A stretch of 64,000 nt of DNA from Azolla caroliniana (lineage: Eukaryota; Plantae; Polypodiophyta), in assembly GCA_043228905.1 (NCBI GenBank), contig JBHGNT010000002.1, forward strand, positions 6,820,001 to 6,884,000, in the 5' to 3' direction. Of the stretch, positions 25,212-36,415 are shown in pieces. A program made the translations under genes and the position numbers. The first letter of the stretch is position 1, and every line of letters begins with the position of its first letter. The notes below the pieces were generated by a model. It saw nothing but the letters and a program-made list of their open reading frames with translations, was not told the DNA's origin and ran no database searches.

Positions 25212-26319
25212 TAAGAGAGTGTGTGTGCTTAAACTAGGACATGAGACAGACATAAAACACACTAGCGAATGGGACCGCTCATCCACCCTTATGTTATTCG
25301 TTGGTTGTTGCATACCGGACCCGAAAGAAGAGAGCTTCGCCTCCCCGATAGATCTTGTGATGAAAGGGGGGTAGCTAGTCCGCCTTTAAATCGCCCAACA
25401 CGTAAGTCTCCCATACCACTACAGTGGGGCTCCCACGTGTCGTAGGTCCTTATGGGTTTGTCCCTTGCATTTACTAGGATCACTTGTTTCCCTAACAAGG
25501 TTATGCTTGTAAAATCAGCCAAGAGACACGACTTACGAGTCACTGCTCTCAGAAGTATAGATATACATACATATCACTATCACGCCACATGATCTAAACA
25601 CCCCCTCGATAAATAACTCTTCTTACTTGAGTTCATTCATGTCCCACACTCGTATAATGCATCATCCATGAAATCTAGACTCCTGCTTTTTTACTCGTGT
25701 GTGTGTGCTAGCCAAAAGACATGTCTTGATAACCCACGTAAGCAATTCATGCTAGACAACCTTGCTTGCATGTGTCAAGGGTTTGGAGAGTGCCTACAGA
25801 GGCTTTATACAAATCTTTGACATGTTTTGACACAAAAATATAATTGTCTAGGTTTTTTTATTGTGTAATGGATCACGTTTACATGAGTGAGCGTAAATGA
25901 AATATTCATTGAGCGTTAACAAAGTTAAATACATGTTAATCACTAGGCCCATGTCATAGTGATCAACCGCCCTTATATGAATAATCAATCAATCATGATT
26001 CAAGTAGGATTGTTTGGCACCAATTATGAAGTAAATTTGTCAGCCATTATCTCCCCGTGGTACAAAATAATCTTGCATGTGGCATGCCCTTGTAGTTGGT
26101 CATATTTAACTTCAATGATCGAACATCTCCATTACAAACTACGAAGTAACCAATACATTTCTTATGAGCTAAAGATTTGAACTCAATATATTTCTGACAC
26201 ACATTAGTTTTCTTATACATGAAACATATTAGAATCATGTGAGAAAGATTAGTAATAGAGGTAACATTATATGCGTACATATATGGATTCTATACATACT
26301 TTATTCTAATGATGGTCCC

Positions 26320-27340
26320 TAGATATCCGGATTTGTTTGCTCGCTCGGCAGCGAAGCAATATCTTGGAGCAGTCAGAAGCAGCTTACCGTTGCACTTTCA
26401 AGCACGGAGGCCGAATACAAGGGCACAGTTGTGGTTGCATGTGAAGTTGTATGCCTCAAGAGGATTTTGAAGGATTTGGGCATTCCCATCAAGGATCTGA
26501 CTCCCCTCTACTGCGACAACATGAGTAGTATTTTTTTGCCTCGGAACCCGGTGTTCCATGCACGCACAAAGCATATCTAAGAGCACTATCACTTCATTTG
26601 AGAGCGCGTACAGGCCGGAGATGTCAACCTTCAACACATCAACACGAATCTTCAGACAACCGACATCTTCACCAAGGCCCTAGGAGCCGACAAGCTTCGG
26701 CAATTCATGGCAGACCTTGGATTGATGATCACTGACTTGCCAAGCTTGAGGGGGAGTACAAGAGAGAACCGGATACCTTCCGAACCGGGTACGAGCCGAA
26801 GCGGACACCGGAGATCGTCTGAACCGAATACCAGCCGAAGCGGACATCAACCGAAAGGAACCGACTCGCGTTGAGCTTGAGGGGGCGTGTTGAGAATCAA
26901 GCTCAACCTAGTGCAATGTGTGAACACGCCCTTTGAGAATCTATGATCACTCGAAGGTCAATAGTCACACCACTACTCTCTACACATTAACTATGTGTCA
27001 TAGAATCATATTCTATGACACATAACTAATAAGTTCCATATTCCCCATGACTGTGAGTCTTCACATTCCCCAAGAGAGAGTAGTTGTTGTAGCGAGTTAA
27101 TCAAGAGAGTGGGTGACCTTATATAAAATACCCTTCTCCTACTTCATAGAGTGTTGGTTGTGACTCCTTGTAATGCTACATTTTGTATTTGCTATTCTCC
27201 TTGTGAATATACACCTTCAACTTGAGTATTCTATTTTTCTAATCTATCTTGTGTTTTCTCTTCTCTTCTCTCTTTCCTCTCACACATACACATAACACAC
27301 AACTCTTCCGCTGCACAAGAATCATATCCGATTCTTTACA
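26320..27340 (+). mobile_element. 3' fragment of copia family B: RNase H, PPT, complete 3' LTR
   Basis: Degenerate SWSSQKQLTVALSSTEAEY..HARTKHI..DIFTKAL. PPT GAGGGGGCG before LTR 26888-27340 (TGTTG...TTACA), homologous to the LTR at 10960. Confidence 0.9.
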
Positions 27341-29338
27341 TGAAGCATTGTGAATGTACGCATCCTGAACAAACAACGACAGAAAGCTCGACGCGAAGTC
27401 GGAGAAATGTATCCTCGTAGGATACTCAGCCAAGAAAAAGGCATACAAGTGCTTCAACCCTTCGACCCGAGCGGTTCGAGTAAGTCGAGATGTAGTTTTC
27501 AACGAATCAACATCTTGGTATAAGCCCAATTCGGCTCCATCCGAACCGACCGAGGAAGAGTTGAACGTCAAATCAAAGGACGATACTTAGCCAAGTCCTT
27601 CACCAAAGGACTGTCCAAGCTCTACCGAGCTAAGTGGACCACATGAGCCTTCAAGACTTCCAAGCACGTCTCAACTAGGGGCCAAATCGAACAAAGGCAA
27701 AGGAAAGATGCCCGAATATCAATTCGGCCACCCCGACGACAGTGACTCGGATGTGTCGACTTGCTCACTAGACATTGAGTTTGGTGTACCCATCATGTGG
27801 ACACCCGGTGTAAAGAAGGTGCTCACATTGACAAGCAAAAAACTTCGACGCTCATCTAGAGAGAAGAACCTCGTCACTCGACTCGGTTACAATGAGTATA
27901 TGGCCCATCATTATACCTTTGCGATGAAGGTAATGGCCGAACAAGAGCCAAAGAGCTCTACAGAAGTGGCTCGTGACCCACGATGGGTGGAAGCAGTTGG
28001 CCTTCGCCCACTTCACACTACAAGTCATCGTCACCAGGTCGAGGGGGAGGAACCGAAACTACCATGCCAGACGAATGGAAGCCAACAACAATGATTCGGA
28101 TGTGTCGGCTCCCTCACTAGATAGTGAGTTTGGTGTGCCCATCATGCAAACACCCCGGGTAAAGAAGGCACTCACATCGGCAAGCGAAAAACTTTGACAC
28201 TCATCTAGAGAAAAGAACACCATGAAGTGGCTCATGGCCCACGATGGGTGGAAGAAATCGGCCTTCGCCCATACGCTGCAAGCCTTCATAACCAGGTCGA
28301 GGGGGAGGAACCGAAACTGCCAGGCCGGATGGAAGCCAACGAAGCCGAAACCAAACTGGACGTTAGACTCCTCACACTTGAGCTTGAGGGGGGCGTGTTG
28401 AGATATCAAGCTCAACTAGGTTTAGCTATTTACTCAACACTTCTAACTAGATTCTAATTATGTAACTACTAAGTTACATGGGAACTAAAACTGCCAACCA
28501 GATGGAAGCCAACGAAGCCGAAAACCAAATCGGATGTCAAACGCCTCACACTTGAGCTTGAGGGGCGTGTTGAGATATCAAACTCAACTAGGTTTAGATA
28601 TTTAGTCAACCATGTAACTTAGTAGTTACATAATTAGAATCTAGTTAGAATTGTTGACCTTGAAGCCTTAAATAGGATTTTGTACTTGAGTGGGATACAT
28701 TCTAGATCCTCCACTACCAAGTTCATTGAATATAGGACTTACATCCTAAACCCTTTGTCATCAGATTGAGGGGGAGGATTCGAAACTGCTAGGCCGGACA
28801 AAAGCTGATGAAGCCAAAAACCAAACCAGACGTCGGACGCCTCACACTTGAGCTTGAGGGGGCGTGTTGAGATATCAAGCTCAACTAGGTTTAGCTATTT
28901 TGTCAACCATGTAACTTAGTAGTTACATAATTAGAATCTAGTTAAAAATGTTGACCTTAAAGCCTTAAATAGGAATTTGTACTTGAGTAGGATACATTCT
29001 AGATCCTCCACTACCGAGTTCATTGAATATAGGACTTACATCCTTGTACCTATATTCTCCTCACACATGTGCACCCTTGCACATGAGATGTATATATACC
29101 ACATTGTGGATATCGTTGTATTTTGATTCTTATTAATATAGAGAAAAGTCTTTAGCTACACTCTTGTTAATCAACCCCATTTATATTATTGTTCATAAGT
29201 GAATCTTCCTCTCTCTCTTCCTCTCACACACATACACACACAAATCACATAACCTTCCGTTGCTTTATCAATACTCACATAATTAGACAACACTCACATA
29301 ATTAGACCCTAATTAACCCTAGTTAATTACCTAATTAT
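27341..29338 (+). mobile_element. Internally deleted and rearranged copia derivative with three tandem PPT-LTR starts
   Basis: Post-integrase fragment (RQKLDAKSEKCILVGYS) and duplicated linker segments. PPT plus TGTTGAGATATCAA at 28396, 28568 and 28865. The last LTR is completed by TAACA at 35699-35703. Confidence 0.85.
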
Positions 29339-31537
29339 TGTAAAAGAATACGATTGCAAAAGCTAAGATAAAACCGGTTCGTCCGAATAGCTAAAGAATA
29401 TAGACACAGGTTTAATGGAAACCTTACACGGGAGAGATAGAGAGAGTAGAACAGTAAACTCAATTCAAAATAATAACACTCTGTACATACAAATGTCCTA
29501 TAGAACACTTTTTATACAAGTCCTTAAAAGGACTGATAAAAGTACTGACAAGTACTTCAATGCTCATATGAGCGATTGACACCAACTCCAAGGAATCTAC
29601 CTACGTACTAGGCTAAGATTGTAGACCTCCAACGACCTACCAATTATAATCTGATCTGTCTCTCCGATCTGGCTCTTGGTTTCGGATACCGATCCAGATC
29701 CGGTTGAGCTTGTCCGCTCAACACTCCCCCTCAAGCTCAACTTGAGGTCGGATCGTGGTGTCAGTGTCAGTGGTAGTCGGTCCTCTTCTCCGGCTCCCCC
29801 TGGCATCCTCCCGCCTTGCTCGCACTCCTCGACCAGTCCGGTTCCGCTTTCCATGACCCGTCCGGTCTCGCGCACCTCGACCTTCTCGGTTGGCTTGTCT
29901 ACTCAGAAGGCCCATCTTAGCTCCTTTGTTGTTGCGACTACGACGCGTCTCAACCCGTCGGTTCCTCTGTGTCGATGTCAACTTCCGCTGCCTCCTCGTC
30001 CTTTTGGCCTTCTATTCATTTGGTTCCTCCGAATTGAACTCCTCTTCAGAATCGGTTGTCTCCGATTCGTTCCAGCTCTTGTCCGAATTAGTTGTCTCCA
30101 ATTCGTCATCAATTTTCAGGCCCTTTACCACATCAGACCACATTCGGGTCTTGTCGGCTCTGTCCTTCTTAACTCTATTGCCGTCGCCGCGTGTTCCGAC
30201 TTTATAAGATGTGCCGACTTCTTTGGTCGACTCGAATTCCTTTTTCTTCTTCTTGTCTCCCCCTATCGCTCTGACTCTTTGTTTGGTGCCATCTCCTATT
30301 TTCCCAATTTCCGTACCGGCTCTCCCCCTCAAGTGCGGCATGTCGAGATGTTGAAGACCAAGCATCTTCGAAAAATGTTGCAACTTGTCGGTTCCAAGCG
30401 CCTTCATGAAGATGTCAGCAACCTGTCGATCCGTCCGGTCATACCGGAGTTCTACTTCACCGTTGAGGACCCACTCACGCACAAAGTGATAATGCACTTC
30501 TATGTGCTTCATCCGCGCATGGAACACAAGGTTCTTGGCTAGTTGCATGTTGCTCATGTTGTCGCAGTAGATTGGGATTGGAGTCAGTACTTCTATCCGT
30601 AGGTCTTGTAACAGTCGTCGAAGCCAAATGGCTTCATAGGTGGCAACGGTAGTGCCCCGATATTTAGCCTCAGTGCTCGACAGAGGCCCTAAAGCCCATC
30701 TTACGCAACCAATGCGCGATCTTCGAATTCCAACCACGGGGGTTTGCTTTAGTCCATAAAGGGACTTCTTGAACCGGCACACTACCGATTGAAAACTAGG
30801 GGGTTGGATCATGTAGACCTGTTCTTCAAGGTTTCCTTGAAGAAACACATTCTTCTCATCTATTTGGTGAAGATGTCATCCCCTTGCCGCAACAAACGCT
30901 AGCACCACACGAACCGTCATCATCTTCGCTATCGGAGTGAAGGTCTCATCATAGTCGATTCCATGGGTCTGCGTGTATCCTTTGGCCACTAACCGGGCCT
31001 TGTACCGGTTGACCAAACCGTCAGCATTGTACTTTACTTTGTACACCCACTTGCAACCGATCGGTTTGCAATGTCGGGGACGGTCAACCAAGTCCCATGT
31101 GTCGTTGGCATCAAGTGCCCACATCTCTTCCTCCATAACGACACGCCAATGTGTGTCCTCTGCCGTTTCTGCGTAGCTCTCTGGTTCACACACTTCCGCC
31201 ACTTCTGTTATGTACACATAGTAATGCACCATGTACTCATTATATTTGTACCTTTTTACGGGGTTCTTCTGGCAGGTCGATTGACGCAACTTTGCATTCG
31301 CCGATTGCAATGCCCTCTTGGCCAGCTCAGACTTCCTTCCCGAAGGTCCTTCTTCATTCTTTCTGGAGTCGGATTCACTCCGATCCGACTCGTCTTTGCC
31401 AATGCCATATTCTGGCATCTTCTTCTTCCCCTTCTCTTTGCATATAGTTCCTTGCGCAGGGAGAGCACGGTCAAGTCTCCACTACTCACCAGCTCTTCAT
31501 CGAACTGGTCATTCCGACTGAATCGCTCATGCAGCCT

Positions 31538-34054
31538 CCCTTTTCCAGGTTGAAACCGACACCTCCAACTTTGCCATAGGTGCGGTCTTGTCTCGACCCG
31601 ACGACGACGACACCCTGCATCCAGTTGCCTTCTACTCTTGACATATGTTTGCAACCCCGAAAATCAATTATCCGGTCTACGACAAGGAACTTGAAGCTAT
31701 CATCTCGGCCTTCACCGAATGGCAACCCTATCTGGTTGGGGCCCAACATTGTATTCAGGTGCTGACCGACCACAAGAATCTCATCTACTTCACCACCACT
31801 CGTACGTTGAATCGGAGGCAGGCTCGCTAGTCATCTTTTCTCGCCGACTATGACTTCGAAATCTTGTTTCGACCCAACGTTCAACATGGGGAAGTGGATG
31901 CTCTATCTCAACGACCCTACGTTGCACTACACCCAAGTGACGACACAAATTCTCAGCAATCGCATTGTTTATTGCGGCCTAATTAACTCCATATGTTTGC
32001 AGCCTATATGTTACATGATGATTCCTTGCTCAACGAGATCGCCTAAACAACCACGTCGAACCCTTTCACTACTGACATCATGGCGCGCCTCAACAACCCA
32101 TCCCAAGAAATGCAAAGCTCGGATCTCAATCACTTTACAACTCAGGATGGGCTACTCTATCGTAATTACCTCCTTTACGTACCAACTGGCACATGTTGCA
32201 TCCGAGTACTACAAACTTGCCACAATGATCCTCTTGTCGGACACTTTGGGGTCACGAAAACGCTAGCATTGCTATCTCGGGGATTTTGGTGGCCCCAACC
32301 TTGGAAATTGGTCAAAGAATTTATCAAAAATTGTGACTTCTATGCTCGCTCCAAAGTGGCTCACCATCGTCTATACGGCCTTCTACACCCACTTCCAATT
32401 CCCAGTCAACCTTAGGCATCTCTCTCCATGGACTTTATCACCGACCTTCCTCGAGTCGGTTACCATGACATGGTGCTAGTGGTCGTCAATCAGTTTTCAA
32501 AGATGGCTCACTTTGTCCCCTGTTCAAAAACCATTTTGGGGGAGGAGACAACTGACCTTTTTCTGAAAAATGTTGTCCGATTACACGACTTACCTTAGGA
32601 TGTCACTTCTGATCGAGGTCCTCAATTTATCTCCCACTTCTAGCGCCGACTTCAACAGACATTCGGGACTTTTGTGAACTTATCAACCGTGCACCACCCT
32701 CAAACTGATGAGCAAACCGAAAGAGTCAACCAAATCCTCGAACAATACCTCCGGTGTACAGTCAGCGACCAACAAGACGATTGGGTGGACTTCCTTGCCA
32801 TGGCGGAATTTTCCTACAATAATAGTATCCATGCCTCAACTAAGGTTTCCCGATTCTTTGCAAACTACAGTTTCCACCCTCGTTTTAGCATTTCCATCCT
32901 GGAGATTTCCGTCAATCCATCGGCTAAGAGGTATGCCCACACCTTACAAGATGTCCATTGTGACCTCTCCCTCGAGCTTCGTGCCATTGTCAAACAATAT
33001 AAAGCTCATGATGACCGACATCTCTTGGCCGTGCCGACCTTCGCAGTCGGTGAGATGGTTTGGCTGCTACGTTGCCACATCGCAACCACATGTCCATGTG
33101 CGAAGCTCGACTACAAAAAGCTAGGCCCCTTTCGTATCCTCAAGCACTTCCCCCCACATTTCGGCTTCACAATGTTTTCCACGTCTCTCACCTCGAACTC
33201 TACCATCCTTCTCGCATTCCGGGATGACAACCTCCGTCGTCGCCCCCCGTAGAATTATTGACAGGTAAGGAGTACGAGGTTGACCAGATCCTCGACTTCC
33301 ACTTGCGTCGACGAAGACTTCAATACTTGGTCTTATGGAAAGGTTACCCTCTTTCGAACGCCACATGGGAACCAATTGCACATTTATAAAATGCACTGGA
33401 GGCAATTCACACTTTTCATCAACGATACCCTCATAAACTGGCTACGGGTGTTAGGAGGCGGCCTTAGAGGGAAGCGGTTGACCGGATCTTCGACTCCCGC
33501 TTGCGTCGATGAAGACTTCAATACTTGGTCTTATGGAAAGGTTACACTCTTTCAGATGCCGCATGGGAACCAATTACACATTTACAGATGCATCAGAGGT
33601 AATTCACGCTTTTCATCAACGATGCCCTCATAAACCGACCACGGCGGCCTTAGAGGGAGGATAATGTCATAGACATATGCCATACGGATGAAGGTCAGGA
33701 TTGAACCCAAGACTTCATGGTCTCTATTGGGCAACCAAACTAATTGAGCTACATATGCATTGTTGTACAAAATCCAACTTCATGTAGTGTAGATTGAACA
33801 TTGGAAGTTCCTAGCTTGCATGCATCCTTATTTCTAGCTTGCACACATTCTCATGCATTCTCTATTGCATGCATACTCTATTTATAGTTGGCTTACATAG
33901 CCCTACCTTCTTGTATAAATACTCAAGTGCACCTTGATTCTAATCAAGGTGAACAACGCCAGTCACGAATTCTATAAGTTGAGTTCTTGTTCTTTTCCTC
34001 TCTCTTGTTTTCTAGTCTTGTCTTCGCACTGCTCTATTATACTTGTCCGTGACA
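31538..34054 (+). mobile_element. Ty3/gypsy chromovirus (Tcn1-like) 3' fragment: RNase H, integrase, duplicated chromodomain, PPT, 3' LTR
   Basis: [72 protein letters not shown], chromodomain EYEVDQILD..QYLVLWKGY. PPT AGAGGGAGG at 33652-33660; LTR 33665-34054 TGTCA...TGACA. Confidence 0.92.
33673..33758 (-). promoter_or_regulatory. tRNA-like Pol III module (A box + B box) inside a gypsy LTR
   Basis: Minus strand reads GCATATG-TAGCTCAATTAG (A box, 33740-33751) ... GGTTCAATCC (B box, 33698-33707) at tRNA-like spacing. Confidence 0.65.
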
Positions 34055-36179
34055 AAGGGAACTTCTCTGACATGCACAATCGGGTGAGGAGTGTCATTTC
34101 TGGTTTCGACAACTCCCTATTGCTACGGCTTTTCCAGAAACGAGAACCACTCTTCATGGCTCGTCATGTGGTTTATGCTCCAGAGTCAACGAACCCCACT
34201 TCCTCCGATCATAAAGTGGTCTTCTTCATCGAGTTTGCCTTAGGCTTCATCACGAAGGCTGGCCCATTTTCGGTCTTACCGGTTCCGGATCCTTCTGATC
34301 CTTCAATGTAGTGTGAGCTTTGTCGGCTTCCCCGTCCGGACTTGTCCGAATCAGCGCACTTTTTCCAACACTCGCTCTCTGTGTGGTCCTTCCGGCCACA
34401 GTACCAATAGTCTGTCACGGTCTTGTCCTGCCGGTTTTCGGTGCCGCGTTGACTCCCCTTGCTTTTGGAGGGTTCGGAACTGTTGTCGGTACCATCCTTG
34501 TGCCTTCGGTTCAGCTCTTGTCGGCCGCTTCCACCGCGTGCAAATCCACCTCGTCCGCCACGACCACAGGGTCGATCCGCCTCCATGTACATCGTCTTAT
34601 TGTTGGTGTGCATGCTCGTTGACGCAACCGCGTGGTTCTCCTCTACAAGGAGCATCGATTGTAAGTCGAAATACGAGCGCGTATTCTCCCTTGTACAAAC
34701 CGTTGTCCGGAATGTTTCGAACTTCGACACCAGGCTCCCGAGACAAACATGCACCATCTCATCTTCCTCAACAATTACGTTGATAGAGGCAAGTGAGTCG
34801 CAAATGTCTTTGATCCGGGCCGTGTAGTCAGCCATCGACATGTCCTTCTGTCGGACATTGCTCAACTCTTGTCGGATTTGTAGCTTTCGGGTCGTGGTGC
34901 TTGCGGCGAAGATCATCTTCAGGCTTCCTTCGGCGTCTTGGCGTCCTAGATATGGCTCAGCAGTTGACACTGGACACAAAGCAGTACATAACTCTGCTTG
35001 CCGCTTGTTCCCAAGTCAGGAAGTCCCTGTGTGCCACATCCCATCGACATAACTCCAGTAGCCATGCCCGAGCTGGTACTAGTGCATCTTGTACGACCAA
35101 TATGCATAGTTGGATTTGTCGAGCTTCTCCGTCGAGAGCGAGCTAGCCATTCCTTGGTCCATATTTTTCTTCTGTCTGTTCTTTACTAGGTGTTAGGGTT
35201 TGTCTTCAGAAAACGCTTGTCGACTGTAGATGTTCTCAACCCTCGCGCTCTGATACCATGTAAAAGAATACGATTGTGGAAGCTAAGATAAAACTGGCTT
35301 GTCTAGATAACTAAAGAATATAAACACATGTTTAATGGAAACCTTACACGAGGAGAGATAGAGAGAGCAGAATAGTAAACTCAATGCAAAATAATAACAC
35401 TCTGTACATACAAATGTCCTACAAAACACTTATAATACAAGTCCTTAAAAGGACTGACAGAAGTATTGACAAGTACTTCAATGCTCATACGAGCGACTAA
35501 TACTAACTCCAAGGACTTTGCCTACGTACTAGGCTAAGATTGTAGATCTCCAACGGCCTACCGGTTACAATCCAATCAATCTCTCCGATCCGGCTCTTGT
35601 TTCCGGATACCTATCTGGTTCCCTGTTGCGGATACCGATCCGGCTCTGGCTTATTCAGCCGATCCAGATCCGATTGAGCTTGTCTGCTCAACAATTATTA
35701 ACACTTACTAATCATTGTGACTAACCTCATCAATGATTAGAAGCCAAGAGAACTGATACCTCAACAAAACTATAACTAGATCCCTTACCAACTAATCAAG
35801 TGAACTTATGTTGCCCAACAACCAACTAAGTAAGCCAATAAGTGATAGTAATAGTAAGTAAGACAATAACTGAGTTACAGAGAGAGTAAAAACCTTATGT
35901 ATGTAATAGTATGTTATAGTAGGTAAGCCAATAAGTGAGTTACAGAGAGAGTAAAAACCTTATAGCCTCCTAAGGCAAACCACCTAATCTCCCTAGAAAG
36001 AGGAAGAGAACCCCCAAAAATAAAATCCCCGCTCATTTATTTTTTTCAATACTTTCTTTTCCATGATTTCATTTGGCACCATGTTTGGGAAGTTATGGGC
36101 GTGCATGTGAAATCTTAGTGGGACCACTGGGCACTTAAACCAAGGAGGACACAAGGACTAGAAAGTTGCGGATGTTAGG

Positions 36180-36415
36180 TGATTCGAAGGCTCGCCGAAT
36201 GCAAAAGCTCTTCAGAGTTGAAGGCTCATCGGAGTCGAGGGTTCCTCAGAGTCAAAGCCTCCCTAGACTTGAAGGCTTGTTGAAGTTGCAGGCTCCGTAG
36301 AGTCGAAGGCTCTTAAGAGTTGAGGGTTCCTCAAAGTCGAAGCCTCTCTAGACTCGAAGGCTTGTCAGATTCAAATGCTCCTTAGAGTCAATGGCTCTTC
36401 AAACTTGAAGGCTTT
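36180..36415. repeat. Degenerate ~17-bp minisatellite (GAGTCGAAGGCTC-type) with ~85-bp higher-order repeat
   Basis: Recurring GAGTCGAAGGCT/GAGTCGAGGGTT/GACTTGAAGGCT units. Confidence 0.7.

Larger units (their letters stand above)
29339..35693 (-). mobile_element. Copia element with both LTRs, PBS, PPT and 5-bp TSD; internally deleted
   Basis: LTRs 29339-29723 and 35259-35693; TSD ATTAT at 29334-29338 and 35694-35698. PBS rc GCTCTGATACCA 35247-35258; PPT rc from 29724. gag 34209-35150; RT/RH 30012-31418. Confidence 0.95.

Noticed and set aside
25445-25465. Resemblance to plant RNase MRP RNA (GGTCCTTATGGGTTTGTCC)
   Set aside because: The conserved GGAAAGTCCCC and GGGGCTTA P4 strands are absent.
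25641-25658. snRNA-type USE (GTCCCACACTCG) suggesting a snRNA or telomerase RNA gene
   Set aside because: Imperfect USE, no TATA box at the expected spacing, and no snRNA motif or CTAAACCCT template downstream.
29676-30542. 288-aa plus-strand ORF and similar long antisense ORFs (1039-1617, 14507-14965, 62874-63518)
   Set aside because: Shadows of retrotransposon coding strands with no recognisable domains.
33673-33758. Functional tRNA gene
   Set aside because: Anticodon arm and T-stem do not pair properly and there is no terminator T-run; kept only as a tRNA-like module.
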